Positions 38,901 through 50,724 of a stretch of DNA of 64,000 nucleotides are shown here, one piece after another. Within the stretch, counting starts at the first letter, position 1, and every line of letters starts with the position of its first letter. The DNA is from Eledone cirrhosa (lineage: Eukaryota). A program made the translations under genes and the position numbers. Under the pieces are notes generated by a model. It had not been told where the DNA came from. It ran no database searches and saw only the letters and a program-made list of their open reading frames with translations. Location of the stretch: NCBI GenBank assembly GCA_964016885.1, contig OZ024743.1:90706001-90770000 (forward strand), read 5' to 3'.

Positions 38901-41077
38901 GCAAAAGTGCTTCCTTAATATCAGCCCATTCAGGATTGCATGTAACCGTTATAAACAAATCTGGCTTTCCAAACTTTCTGACAATAGCCATTGCATCCTG
39001 ATAGCGAACGTTCATATATCTCGGGCCGCTGATGAACGACGATGGCAAAATGATGCGTCGACCAATTTGCTTGTAATTGGCATTATCGGCTGTTATCGCA
39101 TCCTGTATATTATTATACAATTCAGCTCTGATATGTTGCTGATGTGTAGCTATATAATTTAGCCTTTGATTTTCGATCTTTGCGAATGCCATACAACAGT
39201 ATTCCTGGAACAATCTGCTGGCTTGAAATAGCGCATTCCTCTGTTGATTCCTCTCGTAAAAGTCGCGAATCGAATTATTGTCTATTGCCGCCTCCCTGTT
39301 GATGCTGATTCTCATGATCATCTAAATGAACAGACATGTTCCATCCATTTTCATCTTTTGAGAATAAAAGAACATTATACAATGGATCGTATGCCCTATT
39401 TGACTCATTGATAGTCTTGAGACCACCATCTCTGCGATTGAGGACGATATCTCTCGATCCAGGCTTATCGTCCATCAACACAGCAACTTCACGAAATCCT
39501 TCAGGGGCATTATATCGCCGTTCATGTTGATTCCTTGACACTGCGTCAGCCTTAATCACCAATGTCTGCTGCTGAACATTTTGCAGTTCAGCCACCAACA
39601 TGAAATCCATGACATAAGGATTACACTGTCTAAGCCATGATTGCAAATCACGGATCAAATCACTTAATCTTAGCTGTTCAAGTTCAGTTATATTTCCCGG
39701 CAACTTCATCCAACCGATCCTGATATCCTCCTCCGATTCACTATAATCTGGATCGTTAACGTAAATTTGAGCGAATCGAGGCCTCTCTCCTGGGGTAACT
39801 TCTAAATTACAGATACAATGATACAAACGACCTTGAATGACTACATTCGGTTGCCATGCTCCACTCTCAAACATCTCACTAACTCTTTGCGATGTTAAAG
39901 CTAATGAATTGTTAATTTGCCGCGAATATTTGCGCAGTAATCTACCTCGGTCTCCTTGATCACCCCACATACTTAGTATTTTAAACTCCGGTGACTCCTC
40001 ATCATCCGGCATTCGCAAGGGTTCTAGTTGAACTGCTCCATTATGACAGCACATTGTGGCCCACGTCTTTTCGTGCCTCCAAAGCAAAGCTCCACTATGT
40101 GGACACTCTGCTCGTCCACCAATCTGAAAATGACACGGTTGCCATGATCCATTTTTAATATCATCCGTTCGCCTTCTAGCCTCTTTACTGGAATGAGGAG
40201 CACTTTGGCGACACATTCTCTGCACTTCTGTATTGCGCTGGTGGTGTTCAGCCAGCTCCTCTTCATCCATCGCTGCACGCTGTTGCTGCTGAATTCCGGC
40301 CATCTGCTGATGATGCTCCGCCAGTTCGTCTTCAACCATCGCAGCACGCCGTCGCTGCTTGGCTCCAGTGTTTCGTTGGCGTTGTTCAGCCAGCTCCTCT
40401 TCATTCATGGCGGCACGTCTTCGCCTCTGAAGTTCGGCGTTCCGATGGCGCTGTTCGGCCCGTTTTTCTACATTTCTGGCTGCACGCCGTCGCCGCTGTA
40501 GTTCACTGTTTGATAAAGTCGAATTGCTTTTATTATCAGTATTCATTTCGAGCAATTGTCAAAAAATGACACAATAATAAATATAAAAGATGTCTGTCAA
40601 TGTAAAAAAAGGTCCCTATTTACTCCCTTCACAACTCTGTGTATGTTAGACTGACAGACAGGCACACAGACAGATAAACTGCGTGGCGATTGTGGAACGC
40701 ATGGAAACGCGAACACACACGCAAACTTACACACGCACACACTCACACATGTTGATAGTTTTTACTTTCTGTGGAACGCTTCACGCACGCACACACTCAT
40801 AAACATGCGCGCACGTACATACACACGCACACATGTTAATAGTTATTGCTTTCCTTCCCCTCTTATTTCCACACACATCACACACACACATGTCTCTACA
40901 CTGACACATTTACATAGTGTATCCAACACAGCATTCACACTTTCCCCTCTCACTCCCTCATTGGCATTATGCATATTAATTTCAGTTTGGCGTCGTTGAG
41001 GTGGGCGGAGTCGTTTGAAACCTATGAACCAATGATAATCAAGAATTATGACACACGGAATACTGACATTGTTCAAA

Positions 41078-41090
<13 letters not shown>
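35946..41090 (-). mobile_element. Helitron with frameshifted Rep-Pif1 helicase, internally deleted
   Basis: Rep motifs PDLFITVTCNPEW, VIEFPKRGLPHAH (HUH), YLFKYVYKG; helicase motifs DAPGGTGKT and PFGGKTIVLGGDFRQVLP; 3' hairpin TACCCGGGCGAAGCTGAGTA then CTAG|T at 35946; embedded in (TA)n. Confidence 0.93.
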
Positions 41091-41166
<76 letters not shown>

Positions 41167-41600
41167 ATATATACATACCTATATATATATATATACATAC
41201 ACACATATGTATTTGTTTTGCAATATTCTTAATGTGAAATCGTGTATTGAAACCGATATTGTTATATTTGAGGATGGTCATGTTGCCAATATTGCCTGTT
41301 TAAGGCTAGAAAAAAAAAGAGTCGCAAAACAGATAACCATTGAGGAGGTCACAGAATGCATAACAAAAGAACTTTGATAAATAAATGAATAATGAACAAT
41401 AAAGATAAAGAGAAAATTATATGGTGCATGTGTTTCTTTCTATTGCCAGTATTGGCAACATGACCATTCCCAAATATAACAATATATGTTTATATTTAGA
41501 GTATCTTTTTTTACTGTTGTCACTTCCCAAGATACATCGGAAATCCATACATATACATACATATATATATACATATATATACATATATATATATATATAC

Positions 41601-41665
<65 letters not shown>

Positions 41666-41678
41666 CATATATACATAC

Positions 41679-41710
<32 letters not shown>

Positions 41711-41720
41711 CTATATATAC

Positions 41721-41757
<37 letters not shown>

Positions 41758-41782
41758 CATATATATACATTATATATGTATG

Positions 41783-41833
<51 letters not shown>

Positions 41834-42044
41834 CTCCCCTCCCATGCTAATCTGATCTCCTAGGTACCGGAAGCTATTAACCCTTTCTATAGCACCCACC
41901 TGCATTTGAAAAATGTGTCTATCAATGTGACTTCAACTGTCTAATTTCCCTGTACATCAACTGTATACGTATTTATCACTACCTGTTAGTTTGTCTGCTA
42001 TCCCACTACATCTCTTGTGTAACCAAGATCTGCATTGTATGCAG

Positions 42045-43128
42045 AGGAAAGCTGCTGAGAAGTTCAGACATTAATCTTGATCAGGGGAATGTGATAAAAG
42101 AACTTGATCAAGAGGAAACTTACAAATATCTAGGTGTTTGTGAAGAAGACGGAATCAAGCACTCGATAATGAGGGAAAAGATAAGGAAGGAATGTTACCG
42201 CAGAGTAAGAGCAATCTTAAAAATGGAGTTGAATGCAAGGAATAGGATCGATGTCATAAACACGCTTGCCATACCAGTAGTAACCTACAGTTTCAATGTC
42301 ATCAAAATTCTTAACTATGCACAGAATGCATCACCCTAAGACAGATACAGATAGAATATATCTCCCTAGGAAAGGAAGACATGGATTAATCCAGTTAGAT
42401 ATTGCTTTGGAAACTGCAACAATTGGATTATCTACATATCTAAGGGAGGCATCTGATTGGATGATCAAACTCGTTTTGAAACATGAAAGCATCAAATGAT
42501 CATACTCCATTATAAAAGATGCACAAAGATACAGTAATGGACTACAAATTTCTGAAGTTCCATTTACTGCTGAAATGAAAAACACAGAAAAAGCAAAGCA
42601 GGTAAAAGTAACTGCAAAGAAAGAACTGCTACAGAAACTGGCTAAGAAATGGCAAGAAAAGCCTCTGTACAGAAAATACCCAGAAAGAGCTAACAATCCT
42701 GATGTTGACAAAACTTTAAGCTATCAGTGGTTGGCATCCTCTGACAAGGAGGAGGCTAGCTCACTGTGTAGGATCTGTGGAGAGAGAGAGGAGACTGTGA
42801 CTCACATTGTATCCGAGTGTAAACACCTAGCCCAGACTCACTATAAAGACTGGAAACATGATGTGATAGGCAGGGTGATCCACTGGCGTCTATGCAAAGT
42901 AAACAATTTACCACATTCTGAGAAGTGGTATGAGCATAAGCCAGAGTCGGTGATAGAAAACGATCAGGTGAAGGTGCTATGGGATTTTAGGATACAGACG
43001 GACAAGAAATTAGAACACAACAGGCCTGACCTGGTGGTTTTGGATAAGGAAAAATTTTGTTCCTGATTGTAGATGTAGCCTGCCCATTTGACACGAGAAT
43101 GCAAGAAAAGGAGAGGGAGAAAAGGAGA
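42045..43128 (+). mobile_element. Chimeric R4/Dong fragment (family 1 joined to family 2)
   Basis: 42045-42743 matches the reverse complement of ~23400-24140; 42744-43125 matches the reverse complement of ~28300-28672. Confidence 0.85.
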
Positions 43129-43153
43129 GTAAGAAACAAAATTATATATATAC

Positions 43154-43330
43154 ATAGAAATGGTTTCTACAGGACTAGAACTATTTCATTCAAAGGAAAT
43201 CATCAGCTTTCCTGATGAGTTCCTTTGAATGAAGCAGTTCTAGTCCTGTAGAAGCCTTTTCTATATTAAATTCTGTATATATTCTACTAATGTATTGAGT
43301 ACCTTACTTTCTGTGGTTACCCCTAATTGA
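43154..43330. mobile_element. Fold-back mini-element with hammerhead cores on both strands
   Basis: Arms 43154-43206 and 43212-43264; each strand reads CTGATGA-(G/T)TTC CTTT GAAT-GAA(A/G)-YAG TT CTAG-TC; a second copy is at 57374-57575. Confidence 0.7.
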
Positions 43331-43689
43331 ACCCGGGACTCATATATATATGCATGCACTCACATGCACACTTCCAATTGTTCACACATACACACTTTTA
43401 CATACATATAAACGATATACAATTATCCACCTACAATTTAATTTGAGAATTTTAAATACATAAGAAAATTAAACTTCCTCAAAATCGTCATAAAGATCCT
43501 ATATTCATCCCTTTATAGAGTTTTATCTTGTATATAACATTATCTACTTACTGTATATTATGAACTTTGGATAAGCTTGACGATCTTAGTATCCTATATC
43601 ATATATATCTCACTTACCTGCTTTATGAAAATAAAACATTTGTTTATTAACAAGATAATGGATTTTTCTTTATTGTTTCACCTTCCTCG

Positions 43690-46600
43690 TTTGTTGTTAA
43701 TTTTGTTTTCCGAAGTGCGTTCCAGATGGTTCTAGCTATCCCATCGTGTCTCATGGGGAGGTAGTAGCGAGATGACATTCTTTCGCAGCTGGCAACAATG
43801 TGGCTTACATCCTCGATCTTTGTTTTACATAACCTACATTTATTGTCAGCTGCTGGCCCTCCTCTTTTGTGCAGCAGATATTTGGTAGGGAGTTCTTGTT
43901 CCTGTATTGCATAGAGATATCCCTCAAGGTGTGATGTCATAAACTTGTCGGAACTCCATGCCAGACTTTTTGAGTGGTTTATCCCCTCTATGGTCTGTGT
44001 TTTACGTCTCAAGTATCCATGCACAACTTTTTCTGTAAATTGGTCAATTTTTTTATCTTGTTTGAACATTGAATAGGATCTTCCGATTTCTCTGGGTGAG
44101 AGATTTATATCAGGCTTTATTCCATATCTCTCCTCCAGATCAGTCGCTATTCTAATGATATTTTTTTTTTCATGCTCATAAACCTGGGCAAGATGGTTGC
44201 CAACCTTTTTCCTCTGTTGAAGGTGTTGCTTCAGTGTTACTATCCGGGTCTCATATGTTGTTAATAGTGAGAAGTATAGCCTATCCACATCACCATTGAT
44301 GTTAAAGTTCCCAGTAACACTGAGAAGTTTGCGAGTTCTAACATCCATCTCACTTAGTTCTTGCAATGACCAGTTCAGCAGGCCAAATGTTGGCGTTAGA
44401 ATTGGCACAGCATAAGTATTGTGGGCAATGTATTTGTTGTATGCTGACAGTTCTGATGACCATATTTTCTTTACTCTTCTGAGGTATTCAGTTCTGGTTC
44501 TCTCCTTATTTATGGGTCCATCATATCTGACATTCTCATCCTGTCCAAGATATCTGTAGTTGTCACCTGACTGCAGAGGTTGTATTGTCAGGCCGTTCAT
44601 CTCTAGATTTCTAGAGGAGGGCACAGCTCTTCCACGTTTTACTGCCAAATATGCACACTTGGACTCACCAAATTTCATTTTGATGTCGGTTGAAAATTGT
44701 GTAATGAGGTCCAATTCTTTCTTGATGTCATTGATATTTGGCCCATACAACTTCAGGTCATCAACAAAGAAAAGATGGGAGATACTTCTGGGCCCACTTC
44801 TTTGTCCACCTTGTTTCCTGAGTAGGTAAGATAGTGGATTCAGTGAGAGAAAGAAGAGTAGCACTGACAAGCTATCACCCTGAAAGATGCCCTTCTGGTA
44901 ATGTATCTTATCAGTCTTAACCTGCTCCTTCTCACCTCTAAGGATCAAATTGGTGTACCAGTTCTTGGTCAGGCGTTCAACAGCAGCTACCAATGGTTGT
45001 GGGACTTTAGCTAACTGTAAAGCCTTAATAATCCACCCATGAGGTACACTATCAAATGCTTTTTGATAGTCCAGCCACACGACAGTCATGTTTCTGCGAT
45101 TCTTTGTTGTTTTTTCCTGAATCATTTTGTTAGTTAGTAGGTGATCTATGCAACCCAACACCCCCCTCTTTCCACCAGCTTGCTCAGGTGTTATGATGTT
45201 GTTGGTAGCACAGTGATCCTGTAAGAACAGGTTAAGGCACCCAGTATATAATTTATATATGATGTTTTAGCAGGCAATTGGGCGGTAATTTTTAGCAAGG
45301 GTGGTTTGGCTATTTTGGGGAATGGGGAGAGTAGTGGCAGTTGATAACTATCTGGGCAGTTCTTGTGTGCCCTTAATGGTTTCTGTAAAAAGCCGTATGA
45401 GATCTTGCCGATAGAAAGTGAAATTCTTCAACCAGTATCCTGTAATGAGGTCTGGGCCTGGCGATTTCCTATTCGATATTTTCTGTAGAGCTGTTTCCAG
45501 TATTGACCCATCTATGTCATATTGTTTTGTCTGGACATGTTGGCAGTAGTCCTGTTCCAGTTCTTTTAGCCAATTAGTTTGTCTGTTGAATCCGTCATCC
45601 GTTTCCCATACAGATCTCCAGTAGCTCTCAACCTGTTCTTTCTGTTGTAGCTGTGAGTTGTTGTTTCAACTGGTGTAATTTGGAGTTCAAAGTTTTAAAT
45701 TTTGTATCTCCAAATCGTCTCTCTAACCTTTTTTTTTAGGTCTTCCTGGTGTCTTGTGAAGTTGCTCTCTATGTTGCATTTCATAACGACTGCGATGTGT
45801 GAGATACTTCGTCTCAGGGACAAAATTTTGCTTTTTAAATTTCGCATCCACGCTGGTTCAGGCTTTCTGTTTGTATCTTGATTGCGTGGTTTTAGATGTG
45901 TGTTATATGATAGCAATGTGACAGCTGAAACATATAACAAAATATTAAGCGTTTCAAATGTCGTTTCTACACCTTTAGATCGTATAGCCTTCAAATAATT
46001 GCCAGCTATTTCGTTCACCGCTTCCAATTCCAATTTAGTGGGTTCTTTACTGATTCTGGTGTTGTATGGTCTGTCACTCACATTAAGGCTGTGTATCTCT
46101 TGAAACATATCGTTCCATATCACTTGTAAGGAGTTCACAAGTTTTTGGTGTTCTGTTTGTTCAGTAGAGTCATGAATTTCAGCCTTGTTGTTGATGTGGT
46201 GACAATTACTACTAGAGTTAGCTGACCTTTCTAGCTGTTCTTCAGTGGAAGTGGGATGGATTTCAGCAAAATTGTTGGTGAGCTGTTCACTGTTAGATTT
46301 AGCTGGCCATTCTCTTTGTCTGTCAGTGGGGTGGGGTGGTTGTCTACAAGGGCTGTATTTGTAGTATCACTCAATTCCGTTAGCTGTATCAATTTACATC
46401 TAATGATACGTTTTGCCTGTTCATTTAAATGCTTTGGAGAAAAGTCTAATTCTGGGGTTTGGAGTTCCATAAAGTTTTTAGCCTTTGCATAAAACCGAAC
46501 TTTTGGGGTTCAGATTGTTTGTATGCTTCATATAATTCTTTGTTAAGCTCGTAGCTCCACTGTATACAACGGTTGTAGTTGCGATTTGGTCGAAGGAGAC

Positions 46601-47240
46601 TTGTACTTTTTGCCATGATGAGTTCGTCTATTCACTAATATTTCGTATTTATTTTTCAAAATAGTCTTCTTTAAAAGTTTCGACAAAGTTCTGTCAGAAT
46701 CAAATTTAAAGTTATTCACAGCTTGGGTAATATTTCTTTTCAGTTAGTTTTTAATTCTACAACTGTGTTTTAAACGTTGTTCTTGAATCGTTTGAATCGA
46801 GAACAAAAAGAACCGTTACTTAGTATATTTCTTTATGAATGTAATATAATATAACAACGCTGTATTTATATGTTAAAGTTTATGTATCATTCATATAAAT
46901 AGGTGTTCTACAACTTATTCACAACATATTCACAGTTCAAACACTTATGTTTTTGTTTCTGAATCGAAAACGTTACTTGTATATTTCTTTATAAATGTAA
47001 TATAACAACGTTGCATTTATATGTTAAAGTGTATGTATCGTTCATATATCATAAGTGTATGTATCGTTCATATAAATAGGTGTTTTACAACACACTTACA
47101 GTTCAAACACTTATGTAGAATTATTGTATGTAATCTTACCGCGTAATGTAGCTCAACTTTTTCCAATATATGGTATGTTGCCTTCATGTAAGCCGTAATT
47201 ACACACGTCCGATTATCGGACACTGACCACAACGGTCGCC
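43690..47240 (-). mobile_element. R4/Dong-clade LINE, family 4, degenerate and 3'-truncated
   Basis: ORF 43647-45161: [30 protein letters not shown]...HIVASC; upstream ORF fragments; ~160-bp tandem duplication in the 5' region (46795-47115). Confidence 0.85.
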
Positions 47241-47267
47241 ATTATAAATGTATATATATGTATGTAC

Positions 47268-47298
<31 letters not shown>

Positions 47299-47495
47299 TG
47301 TATGTATGTATGTATGTATGTATGTATATATGTATGTATGTATGAAAGCGGCTGTTTTCACACCTAGAAAGTAGATGGGCTCTGCCAGGTTTAAAATGCC
47401 CAAGATGTAACAACAGCACCTCTACAAGTCCACTATACATACAAGATATATGAATGCACTGTTTTCTATTTCGACAATAGTTTTATAGGAGATGA

Positions 47496-47826
47496 AGGCA
47501 CATGGCTTAGTGGTTAGAACATTGGCCTTGCAATCGAAAGGTTGTGAGTTCAATTCTCAGACCGAGTGATGTGTTGTTTCCTTGAGCAAGACACTTTATT
47601 TCACATTGCTCCAGTTTACTCAGCTGTAGAAATGAGATGATAGGGACTGAGGTCCCTATCATTCCACTGCAAAGTGGCCGTGGAGGTGCCACGGCAAAAA
47701 AGCACCCAGCACTCACTGTAAATGAGGTTGGTGTTAGGAAGGACATCCAGCTGTAGAAATCAAGCCAGAATCAGTTCCCGTCCCACCCTTGCAAGCAGGG
47801 AAAAGCGGATGTAAAATGATGATGAT
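47496..47826 (+). mobile_element. tRNA-headed SINE with conserved central domain and RTE-derived tail
   Basis: A-box TGGCTTAGTGG, B-box GAGTTCAATTC, CCTTGAGCAAGACACTT core, then the RTE 3' UTR motifs and (GAT)n. Confidence 0.8.
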
Positions 47827-48055
47827 GTATGCCGCCATCAGATGATATTTAGAGCATTTATGTATATCAGTAAATTTTATGGTCACTTTTGCTGGATGGA
47901 AAGAGTATTTTATATATATAAGTATAAAGAAAGTGCTCAAGTGCAGAAATACTATAAAGATAGCTTCAGCTGCTTTTAATGGCGTTCACCCTATTTTATA
48001 AGCTATCTTTATAGCATTTCTGCACTTGAGCACTTTCTTTATACTTATATATATA

Positions 48056-49003
48056 GTAGCAGTTGCACTGGAACAGTAAGCAGCAAACGACCACAGTAAA
48101 CAAGCACTACCCAATTCTCCGAGGGCTCTGTAGAAACAGTAGACAGATTCTGCTACTTAGGTGACTGATTTAGCAGCGATGGTGAGTGTTCTGAAAGTAC
48201 AGAAGCCAGAGTAAGAACAGGATGGAGGAAGTTCAGGGAGCTGGCTACAAAAGGCTTCTCCTTCAGAATGAAAGGCAGACTGTATGATGCGTACGTACAA
48301 CTATATTGCATGGTAGTGAGACCTGGGTGCTGTGTGCAGAAGACTTGCGTAGATTGGAAAGAAACGAAGCCTGCATGCTCCGATGGATGTGTAATAGTAA
48401 TATGCGAGAACGGCGAAGCATAAACGAATTGAGAGAGAGACTGAGCATAAGAGGAATCAAATGCTGAGTGCAGGAGAGGAGATTGCGTTGGTATGGACAT
48501 GTGTTGCGTATGAAGGATGACAGCTGCATAAAAACGTTGTTGGAAGCCTGGGAGTTGGGAGACTCAGGAAGACTTGGGATGAGGTGATAAAAGCCGACCT
48601 TGCCCTATTGCACCTCTCAAAAGTGATGACACATGACCAGGATCTTTGGCGATACGCAGTAATACAGAAGAGCCGACTTCCCACGAGCACAAGCTGATGC
48701 ATATATACAGTATGCCTCACCCCACAGCCCACACTGTAAAGTGGACGTGTAAAAGACACGCCAAAAAGCACCCAGCCCAAACTGTAAAGTGGATGTGTAA
48801 AAGATATGGCAAAAAGCACCCAGCATACACTTTAAATGTGGTTGCCATCAAGAAGGGCATCCAGCTGTTGAAAACCAGCCAGAAACACCCCTACATGAGA
48901 GAGACACGGTCATCCGACCCAACTTGCCTCTAAATGGGACCAGTCTAACCCATGCTAGTGTGGAAGATAGATGTTAATCGATGATGATGATGATGATGAT
49001 GAT
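48056..49003 (+). mobile_element. RTE-clade LINE 3' portion, same family as 31848-32835
   Basis: Reverse-complement similarity to 31848-32760; (GAT)n tail. A shorter copy is at 58831-59254. Confidence 0.88.
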
Positions 49004-49004
49004 A

Positions 49005-49530
49005 TTATTATTATTTCTTTATTGGCCACAGGGGCTGAAACACTAAGGACAACACAAATGAACAGGGACTGAGGTTTTACATTTATTGAGTAAACAGAAA
49101 AGAAACCGGTAACAAAGTAACAATAAATTTATAACAACAGAATCCCCCAATAGGAAGGAGCAACACTGAGGGGGTAATTTAGGACCCCTCTCCCCTGATC
49201 GTCAAAAGCATCATAGGTAAGTACTCCTCTCCTTTTTGAACTCTCCAGCCTACTGGGGCATGCTTAGAGCAGGCCCATTCATTTGAGCCACATTCGCTAC
49301 ATTTCCTCACATTTTATCAAATACATTGTGTGTGTGTGTGTGTGGGATGCGTACTTACCTCTCCACTATTACCGTCCTTTCCAAGTGGAATTTGAAAAAG
49401 TCAGTGAGGGCTTGGCAGAAGAGGACTGTGTCTTTCTTCAGTTCTTTCAGTCGTGTCCACCACACAACAATCTCTTTTGCTATGGCTGCCAGTACTGGAA
49501 CAAATACCACAAAGCATTTTCTTCGATGCT
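49005..49530 (-). mobile_element. Divergent Tx1 3' relic
   Basis: Minus strand resembles AKEIVWWTRLKGLK...FFKFHL...NGP.LSM and the 3' UTR; interrupted by a CA/TG microsatellite. Confidence 0.7.
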
Positions 49531-50724
49531 TTAACTATTCTGCCAAACCACCGCCCTTAATAATTGTTTCTACTTTTGGCACAAAGCCAGCAATTATTCC
49601 AGTATATTACTGGTACTTTATTTTATCGACTCCGTAAGGATGAAAGGCAAAGTTAACCTCAGCAGGATTTGAACTCAGATCATAAAGGGAGGTAACTCTA
49701 TGCTTCAAAGCATGGCATCCGACTCTCTACCGATACCGCCAAAATAATGGTTTCTGATTTATGCACAAAGCCAACAATTTATTGACCCCGTAAGGATGAA
49801 AGGCAAAGCTAATCCTGGTGGAATTTGAACTCAGAATGTAAAGGGACGCAACTCTATGCCACAAAGTATGTTATCTGACACTCTAGGATTCTGCCAATTC
49901 ACTGCCATTACAACAACAATGATAATGATGACAACAGAAATAATAGAATTAGTACTTATAATACTATCTTTATTTGACTAAAGGAATATCAAATTTACAA
50001 AATTATAAGCATTACAATGCGATTCAACAAGATTATGCCATATGATTATGCCATATGATTTAGAATAAAATAGTATATCGTAATTGTCATTAATCAAATA
50101 AACATACAAGTTACATGTGAATACAAAGCTTTTGTGTCCAGTTGAATATATAAATGTACATTATAAAGATATCTGACTAATGCAGTATAGTGAGATTGTA
50201 TGTATTCTTATTGTATCTCATGAATATTATCAGAGTATTAATAATGGCTTCTTAACTTAGGCACAAAGCCAATATATATCGATATCATTAAGTGACTGAT
50301 ACATTAGTATATGACCCCTGGAAGATTGACAGGAAAATTTGACCACGGACGGATTTGAAACCAGAACGTAAGGAGCCAAAAGGAAATTTTCTTCTGTTGC
50401 AATAGAGAGTCTGTCAATATTTCGCTCCAATAATAATGTTAATAAGAGTGAAGTTTTCTATTATAAACACAAAGCTATATATTTTAGAGAAGAACTGGGA
50501 ATATAGTGTGCCTATTTCAGAAATATATTATTGGCATTTACAATGTAACTAAATATTCTAAAGTTACAAATCATTAATATATGATTTTTACAGCCTCTCA
50601 CTGATTATTTTTGGCAATTTGTAAAAGAATATCGCATTCATGGAAACCACTCTCTGTAGTAACATTCATATGGTCGCCATATTCATGGTACATAGGCCGA
50701 TTCCTTTAAAGATGATGATGATGA

